Shown: piece by piece, positions 41,880 through 55,402 of the stretch | Layout: every line of letters begins with the position of its first letter | Numbering within the stretch: the stretch's first letter is position 1 | Origin: the human T2T-CHM13v2.0 reference genome, Homo sapiens | Strand: one strand, 5' to 3' | Length of the DNA stretch: 64,000 nt | NCBI RefSeq assembly: GCF_009914755.1 | Contig: NC_060928.1 | The notes under the pieces: generated by a model | The model's database searches: none | What the model was told of the DNA's origin: nothing | What the model saw: the letters and a program-made list of their open reading frames with translations, nothing else | Made by a program: the position numbers and the translations under genes

Positions 41880-44110
41880 TTTTCCTTCTACAACCTTCAT
41901 ATCACCATGCCTGGAGGTAAAGGTAAGAGTCTTCCTAGATCTCATTGCTGCCTGCAGACCATTGTGACAACCATCCTTCCCTTTCAAACATTCCTTCTCA
42001 GAAACATATGCTGCTCGATTATTCTACCTTCTATTCATTCTTGCCATAATAATCACCAGATTTCTGAGACACTACTTCCTCATCTCGTCAACTTACAATC
42101 ATAAGTAGATCCTATCCGTTACTTTACCATTTATCCTGCTCCAACACAACTCCTGTCATAAATCATTGTGATTTCGATATCTATGCAGACAAACCTTTCT
42201 AGCATCCTGACTGCTCAGGTCCTTGACCTCCTCATCTGATTAACTTGTCTTCCAGTGTACCTTAGTCGCTGTAGCTATGCTTAGATCTTGGTGTTATGAA
42301 TTATTGCACCTTTTCATAATCTCAACTTTAAGCACTCCAATCTCAGACTTTTGCATGCCTACTTCATTCTCACTCTCTCTAGTACTTTAATTCCAAAATG
42401 CCTTTCTTTCTAGTTCCTATTTTTCCACTGTCCATCATATCCTTATCCTCACCCAGCTTAGATGCTGTGGTCCATCATTATACTGACTTTCCTGCATACC
42501 ACCTCAGCTATTTGCTCATCCATTATCTTGGCTTAGAAAAATCCCAAGCTTATTAAATTCAACTCCTAACTCACTATTCAGCTGCCCAAGCAGCTGACTT
42601 GAGCTGAAGAAAACCATACAACCAGGTTCTTGTGTCTCTCATTAAGTTCATGACCACTAATCTCAGGTGGGCTCTTAGTGCTGCCCTGTAACACTCCTCT
42701 TTATCCTTAGGTTCTGTACTCCTCTCCTAGAAGATTATTTCACACCTTAAAAAAAAAAAAAAACCTCTCTAATTTCCCACGTCTTTCTTCTGCCATCTTT
42801 CAAAATATGACCTTTTTTCTTATTTCATTGAAATAATGGAAACAATCAAAAGGCAATTTCAGTGTGCTTCTGCAACAAATCTAGCAACCTGCACACATCA
42901 GTCCCTAAACATTCTACCTTCCCTCCAGGTAGAAACTATACATTGCCTTTGCTCCCTCTAAGGCTAGCCCCTCTTTCATGCATTGTGTTCCCCATCATAT
43001 CTTAGGGACATTGTTTCTACATTTGCTTTGTCTATCCCGTATCAGATTATATCCATCTGCAGGAACATTCCCAATGTTATACATCTATGCTTTAATATCA
43101 CACATTATAGAAGAAAGTCATTTGGCCTCGATATACATCCAGATACCTCCCAAGTTTTCTGCTAACTTTTATAAAAAATGACCTCAAAAGATTGTATTTA
43201 ATCTCTCTCCACTTTTACACCCATTCTCTCTTTAAGATACTTCGTTCTGGTTTCACCTCCAACCACTTCACAGGCACAGCTTTTGTCATGTTGTGAAAGG
43301 GCTCCATATAGCAAAATCCAGTGGGCACTTTTATTTTCTTATTTCACTTACTGGGAAGCAGGTTTTGACACAGCTGACGATTTCCTCCTTGAGACATGCT
43401 TGACCTCTGGAATACCACTCTCCTTTCATGATCCTTTTACCTCATTAGATGCTCCTTCTGGGCTTGTTCCTCTTTATCTTCACATCTGAACATGGTAGAT
43501 ATCCAGGGTTCAGTCTATGTACCTTCTGTACTCTCTCTTTCTATATTCAGTTTTTGGTGAACTAATTCAGTTAGTTTAGCTTTAAATGTCATTTATACAC
43601 TATTTCCAGAATCACTTCCTTTGAATTCTAGATTCTAATATCTTACTGCCTATCTAACATGTCTAGTTGGATGTCTCATATGAACTTCAACTCTAATTTG
43701 TCCAAGTCCAAGTTATATATTTTATCCCAAATCCCACTGCTAAAACCTCCTCCTCATGCAGTACTACCATCTCAGTAAACCAGAATTCTATTCATCCAGT
43801 TGCTTGGGTCAAAAAAAAAATGAGGCTTTTTTGACTCTTCTTTTCCCCCTCACACAATCTAACACAGTTCTGTTGATTTTACCTTCAAGTTTTGTTTAGA
43901 ATCTCACCAATTCTCACTATCTCCATCTCTCATATCTTAGTCCAAGGTAGCGTTATCTCTTACCTGAATGCTTTCAGTTGTCTAAGTCATGTTTTTTTTC
44001 TTTTTTCCACCCCAATTTCTCTATAGTCTGTTTTTGAAGCAAAAAATATTCTATTAAAATATAAGTCACAGACTGTTTTTTTTCCTGCTTAAAACCCCAA
44101 TGGCTTTACA
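41880..44110 (+). mobile_element. Long L2 ORF2 remnant (~2.2 kb)
   Basis: gtgatttcgatatc, gtggtccatcattata, ctgaagaaaaccatacaacc, tatttcattgaaataatggaaacaatc, gcaggttttgacacagctga, agttggatgtctcata, cttaaaaccccaatggcttt. Confidence 0.85.
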
Positions 44111-45340
44111 TTTCTATTATTTCTTTGAGAATTTCTTGCCTTCTCTATTTCTAATAGTAAGATGCTAGAAATCTTAGCTTATTCCTTCATGTTTTGTTTC
44201 TTTCTTTCATATTTGGTGTCATTGTATTTTTCTCTATAATCTTGGATATTTCCTTGGCTTTATTTTCTTGTCCATTAATTAAAAATTTTAATTTCAGAGA
44301 TCTTAGTTTCACTTTCTACAAACTTTCTCAGAAACCTGTATAGTTTCTTTGTAGAGCATTCTATTCTTATTTTGTAAATATAATGCTTTCTTGAAACTAC
44401 ATAAATGTGAATTCGTGAATTCTTTTTTTTCTATTTTTAATTGCCTGTTTATTCTATGATCATTTTCCCGTTTAATTTATATAGATCTTTCTCCTTTATG
44501 CTGTTCTTTTTTGTCTGAAAAATCTTGGTTGTCTGTTTATAGTCAATCGAGAAGTATTAGTTAACTAGTGTGCATTTTCTCTGCTAATAGGTAAATGTTA
44601 GGTGTGTCCCATGAATGGTAGACTTGGAGCTCAGTGTGTGGCTGGACATAGTTTATTGACTGGGTGGCTTAACTTTAAATTGAATGAGCAGAGGAGAGCT
44701 ATTAGGTCTCAGGTCCCCCAGAATTCCAAACAAAGTGCTTTATTCTTGGCAGACGCATTCACAGCAGAAACCTTGATTTAACCAAGTAGGTCTACTCAAA
44801 CTCTTCAGAAAAGAATCCCCTGGGGATTTTACCAGAGGAGAAACACTCTGAATTTTTCATTGCTGCCAACTGGGGGTACTGATTGGTGAATTGTACCATA
44901 TACAGATCTTCATTTAACATCTTTTTTTCATCCTCATTTGTTCTTGACATAACTTCATTATAATCCCTCACAGCACATCTTGAACTTAAACTGTTTTGTA
45001 TAGTTTCAGCCATCCATTAGCTTTCATGCTTCTTTTACTTTCAGAAATGAATTAAAGTGTTTTCTCTACTGATGACTCAATTTCCTTGCTTTAATTTCTC
45101 CTTCTGGTTATAAATTTTTTATTTTTATTGTTTATAGTTCTACAGCTTAGTAGGCATGACCAGGTTTGTGACATGAAAGAAACAACTTTACCTGTCCATC
45201 TGTTGCAGAGTTTGTGCTATTTAATGAGATCATCATATTTTCTCTGTGGGTTTTCCATTTTGATGAACATATAATTTCCTTAATTTTTTTCTCCCAAATT
45301 CTGGAAGGGCTATTCACTTCATCTATATCAATTACAAAAC
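44110..45340 (-). mobile_element. Very old L1M/HAL1-like fragment
   Basis: T-rich tracts typical of antisense L1 (ctattatttctttgagaattt, aaaattttaatttcagagatc, cttggttgtctgtttat); edges uncertain. Confidence 0.55.
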
Positions 45341-45361
45341 CAATGTTACTTGTGTCTAATG

Positions 45362-45649
45362 CAGGAGTCTCTAACCCCGGGCCATGGACTAACACTAGCC
45401 CACCATAGCCTGTTAGGAACCAGGCTGCACAGCAGGAGGTGAGCAGTGGGTGAACCCGCATTACCATCTGAGCTCCGCTTCCTGTCTTATCAGTGGAGGC
45501 ATTACAAGCGTGAACCCTATTGTGAACTCCACATGCGAAGGTAGAACAGTTTCATCTCCAGACCATCCCCCACCCTGCACCCCTTGTCCATGGGAAAATT
45601 GTATTCCACAAATCCCATCCCTGGTGCCAAAAAACGCTGGGGACCGCTA
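45362..45649 (+). mobile_element. MER1B (hAT-Charlie) with 8-bp TSD
   Basis: cagg...cctgttaggaaccaggctgcacagcaggaggtgagc...ccctggtgccaaaaaacgctggggaccgct. TSD GTCTAATG at 45354-45361 and 45650-45657. Confidence 0.95.
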
Positions 45650-46536
45650 GTCTAATGGAAATTCATTTTCATGCAGAAAATAGTGTTTACAATGGTTAGT
45701 ATTAAAAATCGGTATAAAGATGAAATTGAATGGGCAAGATTTCAGTTCCACAGTATTTGATAAAAGTTTCTTTCTCTATGGAACATGGCAAAATGTGTTA
45801 AGGAGAAGAAAAAAAGGCTTGTTTTCCTTTGGTGGCATCATGATGATTACTTACTACGGGACATTTTCATTACTTACATATGTTTGTTGCTTTTTGATTT
45901 GTTAAGTGTATGTGATTCAGCATCATTTTCTCTAATGCAAGATGACGAGAAAACCCTCAAACCACAGTGGGGTCTGCTGGGATAGCCTCTCGAAGTATTT
46001 GCATTTGTCAACCAAGTGTGGCATACTAAAAAGAAAAAAAAAAGGAGACTTTTTTAAAATAATAAAGTAGAAGTAACTCATCAATACTTTCAACAATAAA
46101 TGCCAAAATTCAGTTTTCCATTAAAAGGTTTTTGTGAAGTTGAAGAAAATTATTTCATTTTAATGGTTTTTGTATTTTGTAACTTTAAAACTATTGGCAG
46201 ATTTTAATTTTTTCCCTTAGAAAAGTTATATGTAGTTATTTCACTACCAATTTGAATTTACAGCGTATGCTTACTCTAATTACAAATTACTTTTCTAATT
46301 TAAACATTATGATCACTATATTCTTAGCATCTAGTAAGGTAGATAAATAGAAATGAATTTCAGCGATTTAGATATAATGTTAACATTCACACTCCTCCAA
46401 TATTATTCAGATGACTAAGACATTTAGATTATCTTAATTCAATGGTATCTTAATGTTCATTAATATAGTTTTGTCACAGAGTCCAGCTGTAATTACTTAT
46501 GTAATAAGTGAGTTAGTTGTAAAATATGTAATAAGT

Positions 46537-46827
<291 letters not shown>

Positions 46828-47151
46828 GTACTATATGTCCTATTTATAAAAGAATTGTTTGGAGTTGCAAACATATTAAGTTATAACACAGATGGATTTG
46901 GTGATTGAATTTAATACACGGTGAGCAGGCCATTTTTACACAGGGCTAATTGCAATGCCATTTGAAGTAAGGAAGGTCCCCAAAAGTTAGGCCCTAAAGT
47001 CGTGTATTAAGCACAAAAAAGTAAGAAGAGGGTTTTGCAAAGTAAATTTTTGAAGGGGTAAAATCTCTGTTTTCTCTTCTTCTTAGCATAATTTTCTATG
47101 TCATAACTTCTCTGTGATCCTCACCTGGCCTCAGCTGCACCTCAGCCTCTA

Positions 47152-47272
47152 CCTGCTGCTATCCATACATGCTCCTCCCCTGCTCCTGCTGCTCTGCCCT
47201 CCTCTGCTCTGCCTGCTGCCATCCATACAGGCTCCTCCCCTGCTTCTGCTGCTCTGCCCTCCTCCGCTCTGC
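47152..47272. repeat. 60-bp tandem duplication (2 copies, 4 mismatches)
   Basis: cctgctgcYatccatacaKgctcctcccctgctYctgctgctctgccctcctcYgctctg x2. Confidence 0.95.
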
Positions 47273-47510
47273 TTTGGAGACCCACTGCACCTGGCCTGAG
47301 ATTCTCAAGGACTCCTGTTAGAAACAATTTTTCTGCCCTCTTTTCTTCTTGCAAAATTTACCTGTCTAAAAGCCTACATCGGTAAATTTTCCAAATTTTT
47401 GTTAATAAAGCTTATCAAGAAAAAAATTTTGAGGATTCAACTTCAGAATATTATTTTTGGCTATTTGTACATTGGATGCATGAATTGCTGTACGAATATA
47501 TGTGTTTCAT

Positions 47511-47600
47511 AAAACATACAAAAATAAAAATTAAGGGTAACTGAGGAAAAAAGTTAAAACATACACAAATAAAAATTGAGGGTAACTGAGGAAAAAAGTT
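47511..47600. repeat. 45-bp tandem duplication (2 copies, 2 mismatches)
   Basis: aaaacatacaMaaataaaaattRagggtaactgaggaaaaaagtt x2. Confidence 0.97.
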
Positions 47601-48189
47601 GTTAGTGAAACTTTATTCCTATACTCTGACAGAAGTCTAGTATTTCCTTTGTGGTCATACTCACTCTAGAGACAACTGCATAGACCATTATTTTGGGTAC
47701 AGCCATGTGGTTGAAAATCAAATAAATTATTTCTTGTAGGATATTGATGAGAGCCATTGACTTAATGTCTTTCACTCTCCAGACATGGTTGTATTTGAAT
47801 AAGAGTTTTTCTGCTAAAGATATGAAAAATTATGGTATCACAATCTGTGTGAAAACCCTGACAATGGAAATTTTTAAAGGGAAGCATTACCTCAAAGCCC
47901 CCTTTCCATAAACTTAAAATTGACCATAGAGACAGATATTTTTACAAGAAGATACAAATTTGAAAAAGAAGATGCTACCAATTAGGTGGGTATTGGAACA
48001 TGTAAACACTTTTGGGGATATCTCTCTAAAAACAGTCCTTGGGTTGGAGTAGCAGAGAGTTATAATTTATGCTGAGAATTATTTTCTTCGTTTATTCTCT
48101 TTAAATTGCAGATATGTAAAATGGCTATAGCTTATAGTTTCAATATGGTTGCTACTTAAATATTTATAAAATTACAGTTTTTTCTAACT

Positions 48190-48345
48190 AAAAAGAACTT
48201 TAGATTTTATTTTATCCAACCTCTTTATTAGGCAGTAGAGGAATTTGAGAGTAGAGAGGTTAGTGGCCCTATTGAGGTCACAGAGGTACTGACAGGACTA
48301 AGGCTTTACAATCCAGCTCTTCTTCCTATAGGACCAGTAGGCCTT
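48190..48345 (-). mobile_element. MIR/MIR3 fragment
   Basis: atccaacctctttatt...agaggaatttgagagtagagaggttagtgg...aggtcacag. Confidence 0.65.
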
Positions 48346-49064
48346 CTGTTCTCGATCAGCAGAAATATGAAGGGATCCTATCTGAAAAATGTTCTGAATT
48401 ATATGTGCCTCTGCTTGCATTCAACTGGCTGCAGGGAGTGTCAACTGTAGATCCCATAGTTTAAAATCTCATCCATGTTACAGCTATGGTGGCTGGGATT
48501 TATAACTCAGAGAACAATTTTTCTAATCAGCCTTGATGAGTGGCGTAGGAATGAAGCATAAAGAGGAAAAAACTAGACCAAAACTTATGTATAGTAGAAT
48601 CCAAGCATACAGAAACTTGGAAAGGCTCAAGCAGCCTGTAGAAAAATATGCTCTAGTTTTATGAATCTCTCTTGCAAAGAGAATATTTAGAGTCTTGTTT
48701 TCAAAGTATCTAAACTGGAATGGGATTTGGATGATCGAGAGCCAAGGCACTGTGGTGAAGACAAACAAGGAAGCATGCATGGATATACACTGACTCTGAA
48801 TAACCGGTTATCGATTTGAATTAAACTTTGCAGAACCCCAAGGACTTTTTTAGAAGATGGAAACAAAATAAGGAATACTGTTTGCTGAGTACTTAGGATG
48901 CACCATGAACTGTTACCTTAAGGACATTGATTGGGTATCCTTTGATCTGCCATTTCTTTGGGTTAAAGACCCCTTTTCAGGTGCAACTACATGCCACACT
49001 CTAACATAACCATATATTTGTTACTTCCTATTGTCTGTTGCTCTTATTAGAATGTAGCCTCCCT

Positions 49065-49976
49065 CTTAGATATATATCTAAAAGAAATGAAGGCATATGT
49101 CCACATAAAAACTATTCACAAATGTTTTTAGCAGCATTTTTCATTGTAGTCAAAAAAGTAGAAAAAACTCAGTCTACCACCTGATGAACGGATAAACAAA
49201 ATGTGGTACACCCATACAATAAAATATCATTCAGTGAGAAAAATGATGAAGTACTGATATATGTTACAACATGAAGAAACCTTGAAAATATTATGCTAAG
49301 TGAAAAGAGGTCAGTTACAAAATACTACACATTGTATAACTCCGTATATTAACTTGCTAGTATTGCCATAATAAAATATAATAATCTGGATGGCTTAAAC
49401 ATGAGAAAGTCATTTTCTCTCAGTTATGAATGCTAGAAGACCAGGATCAAGATGAGAGCAGGTCTGGTTTCACCAGAGGCCTCTCTCCTAGACCACCTCT
49501 TGCTGTGATCCTCACACGGCCTTACCTCCATCTACTTACGCCCCTGGTGTCTCTTCTTCTCATAAGGACACCGCCCCATTGGATTAGGGCCTCGTTCTTA
49601 TGACGTCATTTAGTCTTAATTACTTTTTTAAAGGCCCTCTCTCCAAATACAGTCACATTCGAGGTTAGAGCTTCAACACACAAATTTTGGAGTAACAAAA
49701 CTTGTTTCATAACACATTTATATGAGATATCCAAAATAGGAAAATCTACAGAAAGAGAATGTAAGTTTGTGGCTGTCCGGGTCTAGGGAAATGGGAAAAT
49801 GAGAAAGGATTGCTAATGGATACAGGGTTTTTGGAGGGGGTGATGAAAATGTTCTTGAGTTAGACAATGGTGATGGCTGCAAAACTCTGTGAATACATTA
49901 AGCACCATTGAATCATACACCTTTAATGAGTAGATTTTATGGTATATAGATTATATCTCAATAAAGCTGCTTAAAA
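49065..49976 (+). mobile_element. L1MB 3' end, split by an MLT1 LTR
   Basis: aaagaaatgaaggcatatgtccacataaaaact...ggataaacaaaatgtggtacaccc...ttatgctaagtgaaa; resumes catttatatgag...gggtgatgaaaatgttct...tatctcaataaagctg. Confidence 0.92.
49343..49714 (-). mobile_element. MLT1A/B solo LTR nested in L1MB
   Basis: ggatggcttaaac...ctctcagtt...gaggcctctctcct...cataaggacacc...ggattagggcc...ctccaaatacagtcacattc...cataaca. Confidence 0.92.
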
Positions 49977-49987
49977 TACAGTCTCAA

Positions 49988-50559
49988 TGTGGTAAAGGCA
50001 CATTTGGAGATAGAAACAACATCGGTTAATTTAACAAAGAGAATTTAATAAGTAATGAAGAACTGAGAAGACAAAAAAAAAGACTCTAAAGTATCACAAA
50101 AGTAGCAACTGCCACCCTTAGAGCTGGGGAAACAGAGAGGCTGGAATTATTAACATTTAGCAGCTTGGAGGAGATGAAATTTAGACCTTTAGGAAGGCAC
50201 TCCCTGGCTGATGCTAGTGTCTCTGAGGAAAGGTGATGCAGATTCTTTGAGTCTTGCAAAAACTGTGACATGGAATCAAGTACTGCGGGTGGAACAAGCT
50301 GGCCCTGCTGGAGTGAGGGAGTGTTATGAGGAATGCTGTCAGAATCAGGAGGCAGACAGGAGGCAAGCAGGAAGGAGTGTGTGCTATCCTCCTCCATTTG
50401 CCTCCAGGTTCCTCAGGGAGCCCCTGTTTTTAGATCCTAATAGAGAGCATCTGGCAAAGGAGAAATGTAATTTGTAGGGTTCCAGCCCTAGCATCAGAAA
50501 GCTGATGATACAAGGGTGAGTTAGAATTCCAGAGACAATGGCTAAACTAATGACGCACA
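49988..50559. mobile_element. Ancient LTR (LTR78/LTR79-like), near complete
   Basis: tgtg...gagaatttaat...ccacccttagagctgg...ctggcaaaggagaaatgt...ccagccctagcatcag...gagacaatggct...gcaca; same orientation as the 6145-6555 copy. Confidence 0.65.
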
Positions 50560-53500
50560 AGGTGTGGCTTAGCATAAACTACAGAATCTCTTCGGCCTTT
50601 TCCAACCCTAATGATTGTAGAGTCAAAGCGTTCATATATTAGAACAATGACCAAACGCTGGTACACCTGCAATCCAGTACAGTGGGTGATTGTCTAAGGT
50701 ATTTCTCAGACCACTTTCAGGTATTCCCCTGAGTGTATCTTGCTGGGTGGTCAGAAAATTCGCTGGGTTTCTTGAGAAGCCTAATTAACCTGGCCACCCA
50801 GACACCTGTCTAGCTGTGCTGCTTTCTATCTCACTAGGCTGGAAGATGGCCAGATGTGCATAGGAAGCTGGGCAGCCTTAATCCCTTTGGTCTCCAAAAT
50901 GCTACAGATTAAGTGAAATAGTTTTAAGACCCTTGTTTGCGTTTTCAACAACCTAGTCTTACATAATATGTATTTTAGGTATTGATACAATAAAAGAATT
51001 TCAAGAACAAGCTGAACTTTTGAGCTTCAATCTATATTACATGATAGCAAGCAGATACATATTGACAAACTTTTATAAGAAAACATTTACACTGAGTGCA
51101 TATTATGCTATATATTTTTATGTAGTGATTTTCCGGCTACCATATTTTTAATGCATCCATTTTGGAGTAAGGATAGAGCTTTATTCTAATATTAGGTTGT
51201 TAATATGGGGAGCTAGAATGCCAAATGCTTTTTTGTTTATGAAAGGATGATGAGAGTAGGTGGTAGTTTTTATTTTTGTTTATTATAGTGCCATTTTGTG
51301 GAAACATTAAAAAGGCTACTCTGTATCAGCCTATCTCTATTTCTTTAATTTTTCATTTGCACACATGGCAAAGTTTGTGTATTCCAGTAGCCAAACTTGA
51401 AATGACTTGTCCAGTGTTCTGAATATTTCTTTCTTCTCTTCATTTTTCTCCCATACACCAACATGGCAGACATGAAGAACTGCTCTGTATTTCCTGAATA
51501 CCTTTTTGGGGCCAAGGGTCTGTGCCAGCATATCTGAGGATCCCTCTAGTTTCAGGCAGCTAGGAGTTCCAGGGAGCATTCTGTACTATGAAGTTGGTTC
51601 ACAGCGTTTTTTTTAATAATACCTTTGTTCTGCTTATTTTCATGGTCTTTCCTATGCTCTCTTCCTATCCTTTTCTTTCTCCTTTCCTTTAGGGATTCCA
51701 GAATATCAGGAAGCAATTCTCATTTTTTCATAGTGCAAGAATCCTACCCAGGTTTTATTTCTTTTCTAGTTAAGTCACTATTGGGCTTGTAGAAGTCAGG
51801 GTTTATTACTGCATGTAAAATACTTATGACTAAAGCTTCCATTTTCATTTAAATGAGTCTATCAATATAAAAAGAATTTTTTACATTCAAATTCAAAATT
51901 ATCAAAATATGACAATGCTATGGCTTACAAAAATTTACTCAGCTTTATATTTACTTGGCAAGCTCTCAGACCCATTGTCACATCATTACCTAAAACTTTG
52001 ATCTATAGTTCAGAATTTATCTGATTTGGGAACTCTGATGGAATAGGCTCACTTTGAGGTCTTTGTACATAAGATGCTGGGCTTGAATTGTGTCCTCTGT
52101 TTTCAGCCCACATCTTTATGTGGTTGGGCTGCTGTGTTTTGTACCAGTGGAAAGCTTCTGGGTGGTCTGCCAAGGGGATCTAGACAAAGCTCCCACAGGA
52201 ATCTGGTCTGGAGGTCACAAAGGCTTGGGATCTGAGGACAAGCTCCATAAAAAAGAGACAATGTTCTAACATGATTGTAAAACACAGACACAAAAAAGTA
52301 TTTTCAGCCATTGAAGCCACTTGAAAATCCAGTAGCATCTGATTGAATAGCATCTAGTCTGCAAACTCCAGATGTAAAGAGAAAACCCATTCTTTTAATT
52401 AGGGTACCAGAATCCCTGGATCACACCATTGTGCGCCCAACTGGCATTTTTCACTTCCTCAGTTTGCAAACTCAGGAAGGTTTAAGTATGTTAGTCTAGT
52501 CTTCTACAAAATTAGCACAAAGCACAATATCAATTCATACATATAGCTTATCCATTTGGTCTTTCTATTTATAACACAGGATTATAAATTCTATTCATCT
52601 AATGATATAATAGATAAAACACAATTTCCTTTTGAGGGCAATAATTACTACTCAGGCAAAGGAAGTGGTTGCTTGTCAAGAGATAGTTTATCTTCTAGCA
52701 TTTAAGAAAATTATCTTATCTATTTTTTCATAGCAGTAGTACATTTCTGAGGATTTCCCAGGGTAAATAGTGCCACATGGGACAGGTATTAGACTTGCAT
52801 GTGTGATGCTGTTATATATGTATCTATCATTTCTCTGTTTTTAAGAGAATCTGAGATATTAAGTGGCTGATGAAAAAGGCATAGGTTTATCTTTTTGAAA
52901 TGACAGAGTTATCAGGGGATCACCACTATGACTTAAGTATTAGCAATAAAGATTCCACCTTGCTCATTACAGTCATTTCAGTCCTTTAATTGAGATACAT
53001 TATCAAAAACAAAGATAGGATTTGGGACACTGTGAGACCAACTGCTTCATGTTTTCAGAGATTTAAAGTATACGTCCCTTTTGGTACTCAACATGTATAT
53101 TTCAGAAATGAACTAGGTTTTATAAAATGAGTTTCTGGACTAGATGATCTCTAATAATCTTTCCAGACCTCCAATTTTATGCATTTATGTGGCATTCCTA
53201 ATAGGGACTTGTATGTATCTCTGATGTAAAGTTATCTTGTTAGGACTATAACTATTTTTAAAAGTATGTAATTTCCCCTCAGAGGTCATGTTAGTTTTTT
53301 AAATAAACTGCTCAGCAACCAAAATTTACATTTTGCTGATAAATTTGCCAGGAAGACAATTTCACTATTTATATTATAATTTCAATTTCTACTCATTCAC
53401 AGCTTATTACAAAATGTAACTTAGAGCCATTTGTATGTGGTGCTAGAATCAGTGAGATAGTATTGTGTAGGACTAATACTTCTAACTTCTCTGCCAGACT

Positions 53501-55089
53501 TTGGAAATCAATGTTCATTTCACACCCACTCCCTCTCCCCCAATAGTGCTCAACAAATACCAATGCTGGGAGAGATGACCCCTTTTAATTCCTTAATATA
53601 GGCCACAGTTCTCTTTGATTTATAGAAGACTGGTAGACTATTTATAAAATATGTATCTGCAAGATGCAGTTTATGAGAAACTTGGCTTTTGGGACACATT
53701 AATTCTAACTGCAGATGCAACTTTCATGTTTTATAATATAACCCTGACAGCTGTAATTTCAGATTAAAGATTTTTCATTCACATTCCCATCCTGATTGCT
53801 CTGCACGGTCCTTATATTACCTTATTGTCAATAGCAAGTGTTCACCCTATTGGGAGTCATTTAATAACCAGCTGCCATTTAAAATGTGGACAGAACATTT
53901 GTCTCAGCCAGGCCATCTCAAGTAGAGTTCCTCAGCATACAGAGCTGGGACCTCTTCAAGAAAAACAACAGCTGGCCTTCGCTATTGTCCCAACTTTTCC
54001 TTTTTTGTGGAGGCCAGTTAAAATAAACACGGACACTCTTGGTGAATTTTCTGAATGCATTTGTGAGTTTGTTATTTTAGTAACCAAATCGTTCCCTCTG
54101 TCAGTCTCACCCCCAATCCTTTATCCCACTCTGACCCCATCCACTTCATAGCCCAGGCTTTCATTCTTTCCTGAGTTCTATCAATGTATATTCCTCTTAA
54201 AGTCACTTATATTGGTTACGCAGAATTGAGCAACATGAAAATTGTAGGTTTAGTAGATATCATAAAACATCTGCTTTTCAGGAGGCGAATATATCAGTTT
54301 TTATAGATTATGTGTTGTAAATGATCAGACTGTAATTAAGAATAATATTAATTATAACAACAAGACAATCTTCCAGGAATAGAATTACAAATCCTGGTTT
54401 GTCTATGAAATCTTTGTGTCCGTTGATATATGAAAATGAATTCATGATTGGTAATGTTTGTATTTAGTGTCTGCCTTTAAATTTCCTTAACTTGACAGCT
54501 GGGGATTAGCAACTACAATAGGCAGCGGTGGTAAAAGGAAATAAAAATGAAAAGTAAAGGAAGGCTTAAAAAAAATGGACTCTTTCATGGCTAATTAAAC
54601 CAGAATACAAATCAATCATTGGAAATAAGTGATGAATTTATTATGCTTGAAGGCTCACTATACCCTGTAGTGTTTGCTATACACTGAAATTACAATTCTC
54701 ATCAGCTTATAGGGTAATCATTTACCTTCAGCTTTACCTTTATCTATCATATTGATCTGAGACTCAGGCAAGGAATGGAAGGTTGGCAGTCTAAGTAAGT
54801 GTGGGGAGTTAAAGTGTCTCAGCTAAGAAACATAGGAACCTCTGCCTAGCAGATGAAGACTTTACTTTATTCTCATTTCAAATGTTAGTAAAGTATCTCA
54901 GTCCTACGTCCACAGGCATATTTAATTCAATAGATGGTAGAGGTGGAAGTTGGGGAATGGTGGCCCCTGGATTTTTCAATTGATTATATCACCTTTACAT
55001 GCTCCTGGGCTTAATGCAGACTGACAGTTAGGTTTTGGACTGTATTATCAACAGTTATTGGGAAAGGGTTGCAATGTTAAATTCATGCT

Positions 55090-55402
<313 letters not shown>

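Noticed and set aside
51693-51751. Strong plus-strand acceptor (tttctttctcctttccctttag|GG)
   Set aside because: The nearest donor (CAG|GTTTTA) is poor; isolated acceptors are common in introns.
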